Below, piece after piece: positions 38,584-47,093 of a DNA stretch of 64,000 nt. A program made the translations under genes and the position numbers. The DNA comes from Bacteroidia bacterium (lineage in GTDB: Bacteria > Bacteroidota > Bacteroidia > Chitinophagales > Chitinophagaceae). The notes below the pieces were generated by a model that did no database searches, was not told the DNA's origin, and saw only the letters and a program-made list of their open reading frames with translations. The stretch's first letter is position 1; every line of letters begins with the position of its first letter. The stretch spans positions 105,598 through 169,597 of the forward strand of contig JAUHYD010000004.1 in NCBI GenBank assembly GCA_030426665.1. The letters run 5' to 3'.

Positions 38584-39000
38584 TTGTCCGTTGAGTATCT
38601 TCTCAACAAAGCTGTTCCATTGTTTGAGGCGTTTAGCCTCATTGGGGGAATCCTAACCATTTGCATTTTAGCAATTGCTGTAAGTGTAACAGCCCAGACA
38701 AAAGACGACCCTGATGTATGTATTCAGGAAAACCCCAAAACATGTATTCTGTGGCCGATAAAGATAACCGTTTGCCCGGTTCCGGTATTCACGGAATTCG
38801 CAATAGGACATAAACCTGTCTCACTTACGTTGTATCGCAACAAAATTGCGGTATTGCCCTATACTGAGATAAGGGATATTGTTGCGCTTGCACCGGAGGT
38901 CTATCAACGGCAGAGAGGCGCTGACATTCATATGTCCGGAGGCCGCAGCGAAAGTGATATGCTCTATGTTATTGACGGGATGCGAATAATGCCGAACTAA
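38584..39000 (+). CDS. Small hypothetical protein with a TonB-plug-like C-terminal motif
   Basis: Signal-like ILTICILAIAVSVTAQ and C-terminal IHMSGGRSESDMLYVIDGMRI. Start uncertain. Confidence 0.4.
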   Translation: MSVEYLLNKAVPLFEAFSLIGGILTICILAIAVSVTAQTKDDPDVCIQENPKTCILWPIKITVCPVPVFTEFAIGHKPVSLTLYRNKIAVLPYTEIRDIVALAPEVYQRQRGADIHMSGGRSESDMLYVIDGMRIMPN

Positions 39001-39028
39001 TAAATGTAACCTGCAATCAATACTTCCA

Positions 39029-40270
39029 CTATACCTTTTTGAACACTACAATAGAGTTATGTCCGCCGAAACCAAAAGTGTTGCTCATGGCTACTGATAC
39101 CGGTTTTGAAATCGATTCTTTGGTAACAATGTTGAGGCTGTTCGGGATTTCGGGGTCAATGTTTTCTGTATTGATAGTAGGCGGTACGATGCCTTGGTTA
39201 ATGGCGTTGATACAGACAATGCCTTCAATTGCCCCTGCCGCCCCTAATAAGTGACCGGTCATGGATTTGGTGGCACTTATGCTCAATCTTGAAGTGTCTT
39301 TACCAAAGACTTTCATTACGGCATTTATTTCGCTGATGTCGCCAACGGGTGTAGAGGTAGCATGGGTGTTCAGGTAGTCCACGTCTCCTGCATTGATGCC
39401 GGCCTCTGCAAGTGCAAACTCCATTCCTCTTGCTGCGCCTAACCCCTCCGGGTGGGTAGCCGTCATGTGGTATGCATCTGCTGTCATAGCTGCGCCTACT
39501 ACCTCTGCATAAATTTTAGCGCCTCGTTTTCTCGCATGTTCATACTCCTCCAGTATCAGGGCACCTGCGCCTTCGCCCATTACAAAGCCATCTCTGTCGG
39601 TGTCAAATGGTCTGGATGCTGCTTCAGGGTTATCGTTGCGGGTAGACATGGCTTTCATAGAACTGAACCCGCCGATAGATGCCTCTGTGACCGGAGATTC
39701 AGAACCACCCGTAACAAAGGCTTTTGCTTTTCCGAGACGTATGTAATTGAACGCATCCATTATAGCGGTATTGGAAGTTGCACATGCAGATACTGCGGTA
39801 TAGTTGATACCCATCAACCCAAACTTTAATGAAATCATGCCTGATGCCATATTCGTAATGAGCCGTGGCACAAAAAACGGACTAAAGCGCGGAACGAAGT
39901 TGCCGGCAGCATAAGCTTTTACTTCTTTCTCGAAGGTATCCATACCGCCCTGGCCGCTGCCCCATATAACCCCTATATCAAAAGGATCCATCTTGGATAT
40001 GTCCAGACCACTATCTGCTAATGCTTCGGCAGCTACATATATGGCGTATTGCGTAAAGAGGTCGCTCCGCTTTATTTCGTTTCGATCTAAGTACTTTTCG
40101 GGAGTGAACCCTTTTACTTCGCAAGCGAATTTTGTTTTGAATAAAGTGGTATCAAATCGGGTTATTTCGCCTGCTCCGCTTTTTCCGGCAACAATATTTT
40201 CACCAAACGTTTTTGCATCATTGCCAAGGGGAGTTAACGCTCCCATTCCTGTAACTACTACTCTTTTCAT
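39029..40270 (-). CDS. fabF: 3-oxoacyl-ACP synthase II
   Basis: RVVVTGMG, SACATS (Cys), NTHATST (His), KSMTGHLLGAAG (His) and SNTFGFGGHN. Confidence 0.93.
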   Translation of the reverse strand: MKRVVVTGMGALTPLGNDAKTFGENIVAGKSGAGEITRFDTTLFKTKFACEVKGFTPEKYLDRNEIKRSDLFTQYAIYVAAEALADSGLDISKMDPFDIGVIWGSGQGGMDTFEKEVKAYAAGNFVPRFSPFFVPRLITNMASGMISLKFGLMGINYTAVSACATSNTAIMDAFNYIRLGKAKAFVTGGSESPVTEASIGGFSSMKAMSTRNDNPEAASRPFDTDRDGFVMGEGAGALILEEYEHARKRGAKIYAEVVGAAMTADAYHMTATHPEGLGAARGMEFALAEAGINAGDVDYLNTHATSTPVGDISEINAVMKVFGKDTSRLSISATKSMTGHLLGAAGAIEGIVCINAINQGIVPPTINTENIDPEIPNSLNIVTKESISKPVSVAMSNTFGFGGHNSIVVFKKV

Positions 40271-40821
40271 ATCGTTATCTCTTTAAGAACAGTTTCTTTT
40301 ATTGTTTCAAAATCTTTTTCATTGTCTGTTAGTCGTACTAACTGCAATGATGCCAACATATTCGTTATTACTAACAGTGCTTTTGTACGTGGAATGCCAT
40401 CGAAATGAAAAACTCCCCGGCTTCTTCCGTTTTCGAGTATGCCTGTTACCCAAACGAGTATATTATCAACGAGCATTTTTAAGTGATTGCTGATACGCTC
40501 ATCTATACTGTACAAATCACTTGCTAATGAACCGACGATACACACACTACCCTCCTCATTGGTATGACTGTATATGGACAGGTACGCCTTCAGTTGTTCA
40601 ACCGGATCTTTGTCTGCTGCTTCCCGCACCATTTCCGCAAGCTTAGTTATTTGCCTATCTATTACCGCTATTGCCAGGTCTGTTTTTGTGGGGAAGTAAT
40701 AATGAATAGAAGCATTGCGAATACTGAGCGCCTTAGAGATATCGGTATAGCTAAATGCATTGTAGCCCTTCTCCCGTATAAGCGTGTCGCTAATGGTCAC
40801 TATTTCATCTCGAGTTGACAT
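40267..40821 (-). CDS. TetR/AcrR family regulator
   Basis: LIREKGYNAFSYTDISKALSIRNASIHYYFPTKTDL. ATGA overlap with fabF. Start set to 40821. Confidence 0.92.
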   Translation of the reverse strand: MSTRDEIVTISDTLIREKGYNAFSYTDISKALSIRNASIHYYFPTKTDLAIAVIDRQITKLAEMVREAADKDPVEQLKAYLSIYSHTNEEGSVCIVGSLASDLYSIDERISNHLKMLVDNILVWVTGILENGRSRGVFHFDGIPRTKALLVITNMLASLQLVRLTDNEKDFETIKETVLKEITI

Positions 40822-40828
40822 TTCTCTG

Positions 40829-40860
40829 CAAATATACCTACCTATTAGTAGGTAGGCAAA
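40829..40860 (-). promoter_or_regulatory. TetR-fabF promoter with an operator palindrome filling the spacer
   Basis: On the minus strand: TTTG (40857-40860), a 20-nt spacer, then TATATTTG (40829-40836). The spacer is the palindrome CCTACCTA-TTAG-TAGGTAGG (40837-40856). Confidence 0.8.
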
Positions 40861-40891
40861 TTTTTGATAAAAATGCCGTCCTGAAATTTTA

Positions 40892-40907
40892 TTAATCATT
40901 TGATTAA
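40892..40907. promoter_or_regulatory. Second palindromic operator upstream of the efflux operon
   Basis: TTAATCA-TT-TGATTAA, just upstream of a candidate promoter whose -7 element TACCTTTG is at 40936-40943. Confidence 0.6.
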
Positions 40908-40956
40908 AATAGTTGTTTAAGAAATAATAACTTTCTACCTTTGACCCGAAAAGTGA

Positions 40957-42264
40957 ATGCAACTAAAAAAATCTGAAATGAAATATCAACCAACCACACG
41001 ACGAATATTGTTGATATTGGTAGCACTAATATTTTTTACAGGAAACATATCTGTTGCACAAGCTGTGCAGACACTCACTATTGAGGATTGCTACAATATG
41101 GCAAGGGCCAACTACCCACTTGTAAAACGACTGGACCTAATAGAGAAAACAAAGGGGTACTCGCTGGATAATGCAAGCAAGGGCAACTTGCCGCAAATTT
41201 CATTAAACGGTCAGGCTACATATCAGTCGGCAGTGACTGCACTACCCGTAGCACTGCCGAATATAAACATACCAACGGTAAGCAAAGACCAGTACAAAGT
41301 ATTTAATGAGATAACACAGCCACTGACCGCTAATGTTGCAATCAAGCAACAGAAGAAACTGATAAATGTAAGCAGCGAGGCAGATGCACAGCAAATAGAG
41401 GTGGCGCTCTACCAACTGAAAGAGCGGGTAAATAACATTTTCTTCGGCATACTATTGATAGACGCACAAATAGCGCAGGTGAAAATAATGCAGAGCGATA
41501 TAGAGTCAGGAATAGAGCGCACTAATGCCGCAATAGCAAACGGGACGGCACTAAAAAGCAGTGTGAATGTGCTGAAGGCGGAACTACTGAAAGCAAAACA
41601 AAAGTCGATAGAATTAAGAGCTGCCGCAAACGGATTCAGGGAAATGCTTGGTGTCTTTATCAATCAAAAAATTGATGAGCAAACAACGCTAATCAGACCT
41701 ATCCCTCAAGTTGCAACAAACACAATAAACCGTCCGGAGCTCAGACTATACGATATTCAACAACAGCAGTTTGATGTTCAGAAGAAACTAATAGATGCTA
41801 AAAATATACCTAAGCTGGGGTTGTTTCTGCAAAGTGGTTACGGCAGACCGGCATTGAACATGCTGAACAATGAGTTTGACTTTTATTATCTCGGTGGACT
41901 ACGACTGAACTGGAGCCTTTCCGGTTTCTACACAGCCAGGAAAGAGAAAAAAATACTGTCGTTGGGGCAGCAGTCGGTTTCGGTACAAAAGGAGACATTT
42001 CTGCTAAATACTAAGATGGCTATGACCCAACAAAACAGCGAAGTAAATAAATACAAAGAACTGATGAGCAGCGACAATGAAATAATTATGCTGCGTGAAG
42101 AGATAAAAAACACTTCAAAAAATCAGTTGGAAAACGGAACGATTACCGTAACAGACTATTTAGTAAATGTAAATGCAGAGGATCAGGCAAGACACAATCT
42201 GATACTGCATCAGATACAATTGCTGATGGCACAATACAACTATCAAATCACATCGGGCAACTAA
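40957..42264 (+). CDS. TolC family outer membrane protein
   Basis: Signal peptide, LPQISLNGQATYQS, GYGRPALNML and NQLENGTIT.DYL. Alternative start at 40978. Confidence 0.9.
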   Translation: MQLKKSEMKYQPTTRRILLILVALIFFTGNISVAQAVQTLTIEDCYNMARANYPLVKRLDLIEKTKGYSLDNASKGNLPQISLNGQATYQSAVTALPVALPNINIPTVSKDQYKVFNEITQPLTANVAIKQQKKLINVSSEADAQQIEVALYQLKERVNNIFFGILLIDAQIAQVKIMQSDIESGIERTNAAIANGTALKSSVNVLKAELLKAKQKSIELRAAANGFREMLGVFINQKIDEQTTLIRPIPQVATNTINRPELRLYDIQQQQFDVQKKLIDAKNIPKLGLFLQSGYGRPALNMLNNEFDFYYLGGLRLNWSLSGFYTARKEKKILSLGQQSVSVQKETFLLNTKMAMTQQNSEVNKYKELMSSDNEIIMLREEIKNTSKNQLENGTITVTDYLVNVNAEDQARHNLILHQIQLLMAQYNYQITSGN

Positions 42265-42275
42265 ACGAATTTCAG

Positions 42276-43172
42276 ATGAAAACATTATCAACAACAATAC
42301 TTGCCGCCAGCGTACTATTGATAGCGTCTTGCGGAGAAAAGAAAAAAGGCTTTGATGCTACCGGTTCTTTTGAAGCAGTTGAAACCATTATTTCTGCGGA
42401 GGCGGCAGGCAAGCTGCTATCTTTTGATGTGGAAGAAGGGCAACAACTGAAAGCCGGACAGTACATAGGATATGTGGACAGCACACAAGTGTATCTGAAA
42501 AAGCAACAGGTTAGCGCACAAATAAAAGCACTGCTCAGTAAAAAGCCGATAGTGTCCACACAAATTGCTGCCTTGATGGAACAACTACGGGCAGCCGAAA
42601 GGGAGCAGCGAAGAGTAAGCAGCCTGGTGAAAGCCGATGCGGCAACACCAAAACAACTAGATGATGCCAATGCTACCATCGACGTCATAAAAAAGCAAAT
42701 TGAAGCACAACGGTCTTCTTTAGAAATATCTACAAGAGGCATTACCAATGATGCTTACCCAATGACCATACAAGTAACGCAGCTGAATGACCAGTTAGAG
42801 AAGTGTAGCATTATCAACCCAGTAAATGGTACTGTACTTTCAAAGTATGCTGAAGCTAATGAGATTACGGCTCCCGGTAAACCTCTCTATAAAATTGCCG
42901 ACCTATCTACGATTGTGCTCAGGGTGTACATAACGGGTGACCAGTTACCTAAAGTAAAACTGAACCAGCAGGTAACCGTATTGACTGACGATGGTAATGG
43001 CGGGTACAAGCAAACAAATGGAACCATCAACTGGATAAGCGACAAAGCAGAATTTACACCAAAGACTATACAGACTAAGGACGAGCGTGCAAATATGGTA
43101 TATGCTATGAAAGTGAAGGTAAAGAATGACGGTAGCTATAAAATAGGTATGTACGGAGAGGTGAAATTTTAA
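42276..43172 (+). CDS. HlyD family periplasmic adaptor (lipoprotein)
   Basis: Lipobox IASC, ATGSFEAVE and WISDKAEFTPKTIQTKDERANMVYA. Confidence 0.92.
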   Translation: MKTLSTTILAASVLLIASCGEKKKGFDATGSFEAVETIISAEAAGKLLSFDVEEGQQLKAGQYIGYVDSTQVYLKKQQVSAQIKALLSKKPIVSTQIAALMEQLRAAEREQRRVSSLVKADAATPKQLDDANATIDVIKKQIEAQRSSLEISTRGITNDAYPMTIQVTQLNDQLEKCSIINPVNGTVLSKYAEANEITAPGKPLYKIADLSTIVLRVYITGDQLPKVKLNQQVTVLTDDGNGGYKQTNGTINWISDKAEFTPKTIQTKDERANMVYAMKVKVKNDGSYKIGMYGEVKF

Positions 43173-43177
43173 TAGTA

Positions 43178-44095
43178 ATGGGAGACGTGGTTCTAACCAA
43201 TATCAGCAAGACATACAACGACGGCAAAACGGTCGCCGTTGACGATGTGTCATTTTCGGTGAACAAAGGAGAGTTGTTCGGTCTGATAGGGCCTGACGGT
43301 GCCGGCAAAACGAGCATATTCCGGATCCTTACAACACTGTTGATACCTGATGGTGGAACGGCATCAGTGAGCGGTAGTGATGTAGTAAAAGATTACAAAA
43401 CAATACGCCGGAACATCGGCTATATGCCGGGCAAGTTTTCATTGTATCAGGACTTGACAGTTGAAGAAAATCTCAACTTCTTCGCAACTCTGTTCGATAC
43501 AAGTATTGCAGCGAACTATGACCTGGTGAAAGAGATATATGTACAACTAGAACCATTTAAAAAAAGGCGCGCAGCCAAACTATCCGGTGGCATGAAGCAA
43601 AAGCTGGCATTGTGTTGCGCCCTCATACACAAGCCGGAAGTGCTGTTTCTGGATGAACCTACGACAGGTGTGGATGCAGTTTCGAGAAAGGAATTCTGGG
43701 AAATGCTGTATCGCCTGAAAGAGCAGGGAATTACCATACTGGTATCTACACCCTATATGGATGAAGCAACCCTTTGTGAACGTATAGCACTGATACAAGG
43801 TGGAAAGATTATGTCAATAGATACACCAGACAATATAATAGGGCAATACCCTAAAAAAATGTTTGCTGTACGTGCTGAAAAAATGAGTACACTCTTAAAA
43901 GAATTGCGGGAATATGATCCGATAGAAAGTTGTTTCGCTTTCGGTGAGTATCACCATGTAACATTCAAGGCAGAAAATGGTAATAATGCTGAGGCGTTAA
44001 ATACATACCTGAACCAAAAGGGTTATGAGCAGGTGCATGTAAAACAGACAAGCGCCACGATAGAAGATTGTTTTATCAGACAAATGAACGAGTAA
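43178..44095 (+). CDS. ABC transporter ATP-binding protein
   Basis: GPDGAGKT, LSGGMKQK and FLDEPTTG. Confidence 0.95.
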   Translation: MGDVVLTNISKTYNDGKTVAVDDVSFSVNKGELFGLIGPDGAGKTSIFRILTTLLIPDGGTASVSGSDVVKDYKTIRRNIGYMPGKFSLYQDLTVEENLNFFATLFDTSIAANYDLVKEIYVQLEPFKKRRAAKLSGGMKQKLALCCALIHKPEVLFLDEPTTGVDAVSRKEFWEMLYRLKEQGITILVSTPYMDEATLCERIALIQGGKIMSIDTPDNIIGQYPKKMFAVRAEKMSTLLKELREYDPIESCFAFGEYHHVTFKAENGNNAEALNTYLNQKGYEQVHVKQTSATIEDCFIRQMNE

Positions 44096-44839
44096 ATGGC
44101 AGACATCGCAATATCGACCAATAAACTGACCAAACGTTTCGGAGATTTCGTTGCTACCAATGAAATAACCTTCGACGTGCAGCAGGGTGAGATATTCGGT
44201 TTCTTGGGGGCAAACGGAGCAGGCAAGACAACAGCTATGAGAATGCTATGCGGCTTATCAGTGCCATCGTCGGGGGAGGCTACCATAGCGGGTTACGACA
44301 TATATAAACAGACAGAGGAAATAAAGAAACATATCGGGTACATGAGTCAGAAATTCTCACTGTACGAAGACCTGAATGTAATAGAAAATATACGGTTCTT
44401 TGGCGGGATATACGGATTGTCAGGGAAAGAAATAAAGGAGAAAAGCAATACACTGATAAACCAATTGGGCTTGCAACATGAAGCGAAAAAGCTGGTAGGT
44501 TCACTGCCGCTGGGATGGAAGCAGAAGCTGGCGTTTTCGGTCGCCATTCTTCATGAGCCAAAGATTGTATTTCTTGATGAGCCTACAGGTGGCGTAGATC
44601 CGGTGACAAGGCGGCAGTTTTGGGACCTGATATATGCCGCTGCAGATAGAGGCATCACCATATTTGTTACTACACATTATATGGACGAGGCCGAATACTG
44701 CAACCGTATATCGATGATGGTAGATGGTGTAATAAAAGCATTGGATACACCAAGAAATCTGAAAAAACAGTTTTCTGCGGCATCTATGGACGAAGTGTTT
44801 TTTGAGTTGGCGAGAGGAGCTCAACGTAAAGCGGATTAG
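44096..44839 (+). CDS. ABC transporter ATP-binding protein
   Basis: GANGAGKT, LPLGWKQK and FLDEPTGG. Confidence 0.95.
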   Translation: MADIAISTNKLTKRFGDFVATNEITFDVQQGEIFGFLGANGAGKTTAMRMLCGLSVPSSGEATIAGYDIYKQTEEIKKHIGYMSQKFSLYEDLNVIENIRFFGGIYGLSGKEIKEKSNTLINQLGLQHEAKKLVGSLPLGWKQKLAFSVAILHEPKIVFLDEPTGGVDPVTRRQFWDLIYAAADRGITIFVTTHYMDEAEYCNRISMMVDGVIKALDTPRNLKKQFSAASMDEVFFELARGAQRKAD

Positions 44840-44842
44840 AAT

Positions 44843-45949
44843 ATGAAGCAGTTTTTGATTTTTGTACGCAAGGAATTTTATCACGTGTTTCGGGACCCGA
44901 AAACATTGTTGATGCTGTTTGGCATGCCAGTGACACTAATACTACTGTTCGGCTTTGCATTGACGAACGAAATTAAAAACTCAAAGATTGCGGTATGTGA
45001 CTATGCAAATGATGAAGCAACTCAACGCATCGTAGAAAAGTTGCGTGCAAACAACAGTTTTGAGATTCAGGAAGTGCTGATGAGCCACTTGCAAATAGAA
45101 GAAGCGTTTAAGAGAGGAAAGATAAAGCTGGCAATAGTATTTCCGACCGACTTCAACAGTGACCTGCAACACGTGAACGAGGCGCAGGTGCAGGTAATTG
45201 CTGATGCTTCTGACCCCAATACAGCAACTACGCTGACCAACTATGTACGTAACATAGTAATGAGCTATCAGAACGAAATTACTGATGGCAAAACTATACC
45301 GTACCAAATAAAGACGGAAACAAGAATGCTGTATAACCCGGAACTGAAAGGGGCTACTAACTTTGTACCGGGTGTAATGGCATTGGTGCTGCTCTTAGTG
45401 TGTGTGTTGATGACGTCGGTGTCTATAGTAAGAGAAAAAGAAACCGGCACGATGGAAGTGTTGCTGGTTTCTCCGTTTAATCCGTTTCTGGTTATTATCT
45501 CTAAGGCAGTGCCTTACTTCTTCTTGTCGTTGGTGAACCTAACTGTGATTTTAGTGTTGAGCGTATTCTTACTGGATATGCCATTTAACGGAAACATTTT
45601 CCTGCTGTATGGCGAGAGTAGCATTCTCATCATTACCGCATTGTCGCTAGGTTTGCTGATATCGAACAGTACACAATCGCAGCAGGCAGCAATGCTTATA
45701 TCTCTGTTAGGGATGCTTTTTCCCACGCTGATGTTTACCGGGTTTTTGTTTCCGCTGGAAAACATGCCACTACCCTTGCAGGTGATAGCAAACATTGTCC
45801 CCTCTAAATGGTATTACATCATAGTGAAATCGATAATGATAAAGGGGCTTGGCTTTTCTGCGATATGGAAGGAGACGCTCATTCTGGTAAGTATGACTGT
45901 GGTGCTACTATTCGTTAGTTTCAAGAAGTTTAAAATCCGGTTGGCATGA
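44843..45949 (+). CDS. ABC-2 type permease (YbhS-like)
   Basis: VREKETGTMEVLLVSP, FTGFLFPLENMP. Confidence 0.92.
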   Translation: MKQFLIFVRKEFYHVFRDPKTLLMLFGMPVTLILLFGFALTNEIKNSKIAVCDYANDEATQRIVEKLRANNSFEIQEVLMSHLQIEEAFKRGKIKLAIVFPTDFNSDLQHVNEAQVQVIADASDPNTATTLTNYVRNIVMSYQNEITDGKTIPYQIKTETRMLYNPELKGATNFVPGVMALVLLLVCVLMTSVSIVREKETGTMEVLLVSPFNPFLVIISKAVPYFFLSLVNLTVILVLSVFLLDMPFNGNIFLLYGESSILIITALSLGLLISNSTQSQQAAMLISLLGMLFPTLMFTGFLFPLENMPLPLQVIANIVPSKWYYIIVKSIMIKGLGFSAIWKETLILVSMTVVLLFVSFKKFKIRLA

Positions 45950-47067
45950 GGACGTTGAAATTTTTGTTGCGTAAAGAGTTCCGGCAAATCTTCCGAAATC
46001 GGGCGTTGCTGCCTATGATATTTATAATGCCCATTCTACAGCTGCTGGTGATACCGCTTGCGGCAGATTATGAGGTGAAGAATATCAATATATCGGTGGT
46101 AGATCATGACCATTCAACGTATTCCCGCGAACTGATTTCTAAAATACACTCATCGGGTTACTTCCGGCTGGCAGATTATTCCAACTCGTTTAATGACGCA
46201 TTTAAGCAGATAGAAAATAACAAGTCAGACTTGGTATTGGAAATACCACATGGCTTTGAACGAAACCTCATCAGGGAAAACAGCCAGCAGCTATTTATTG
46301 CGGTGAATGCCATCAACGGTATAAAGGCAAGTCTGGGTGGTGCATATCTCAACAATATTATTGCAGGCTACAACGCTGACCTGCGTGTGCAGCTCACGGA
46401 AGTGCAAAAGTTCAGCAGGCGACCAACAATACATATAACATCGTCTAACTGGTTTAATACTTTGCTGAACTACACTTACTTTATGGTGCCGGGTATTATG
46501 GTGTCGCTGATAACCATGGTAGGTGTATATATGTGTGCGCTCAACATAGTGAAGGAAAAAGAAACCGGTACTATAGAGCAAATAAATGTTACCCCCATTA
46601 AGAAGTATCACTTTATTCTTGGTAAGCTTATTCCGTTCTGGCTTATCGGTGTGTTTATCTTTTCGGTGAGTTTGTTTGGAGTAGCCAGAGGTGTATATGG
46701 CATAGTGCCGGTGGGGAACGTGGGACTATTGTATGCATTTCTTGCTGTGTTTCTTGTGGCAGTACTCGGAATAGGGTTGCTGATTTCTACCTATTCAGAG
46801 ACGCAGCAGCAGGCGATGTCGCTGGCGTTCTTCTTTATGATGGTGTTTATTCTGATGAGCGGGCTGTTCACTTCAGTCGATAGTATGCCTGAGTGGGCCA
46901 TCGTGATTGCGAAGTGTAATCCCATGACCTACTTTATAGAGGTAAACAGAATGGTAATACTAAAAGGCAGCAGCTTCGCAGATCTGAAAAACCACTTTCT
47001 GATAATGGGGGGCTTTGCGGTAGTCTTTAACACCTGGGCGATACTGAACTATAAGAAGACGAGTTGA
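45946..47067 (+). CDS. ABC-2 type permease (YbhR-like)
   Basis: VKEKETGTIEQINVTP, LMSGLFTSVDSMP. Confidence 0.92.
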   Translation: MRTLKFLLRKEFRQIFRNRALLPMIFIMPILQLLVIPLAADYEVKNINISVVDHDHSTYSRELISKIHSSGYFRLADYSNSFNDAFKQIENNKSDLVLEIPHGFERNLIRENSQQLFIAVNAINGIKASLGGAYLNNIIAGYNADLRVQLTEVQKFSRRPTIHITSSNWFNTLLNYTYFMVPGIMVSLITMVGVYMCALNIVKEKETGTIEQINVTPIKKYHFILGKLIPFWLIGVFIFSVSLFGVARGVYGIVPVGNVGLLYAFLAVFLVAVLGIGLLISTYSETQQQAMSLAFFFMMVFILMSGLFTSVDSMPEWAIVIAKCNPMTYFIEVNRMVILKGSSFADLKNHFLIMGGFAVVFNTWAILNYKKTS

Positions 47068-47093
47068 TGGGGGGATACCCGGTTAAATACACA

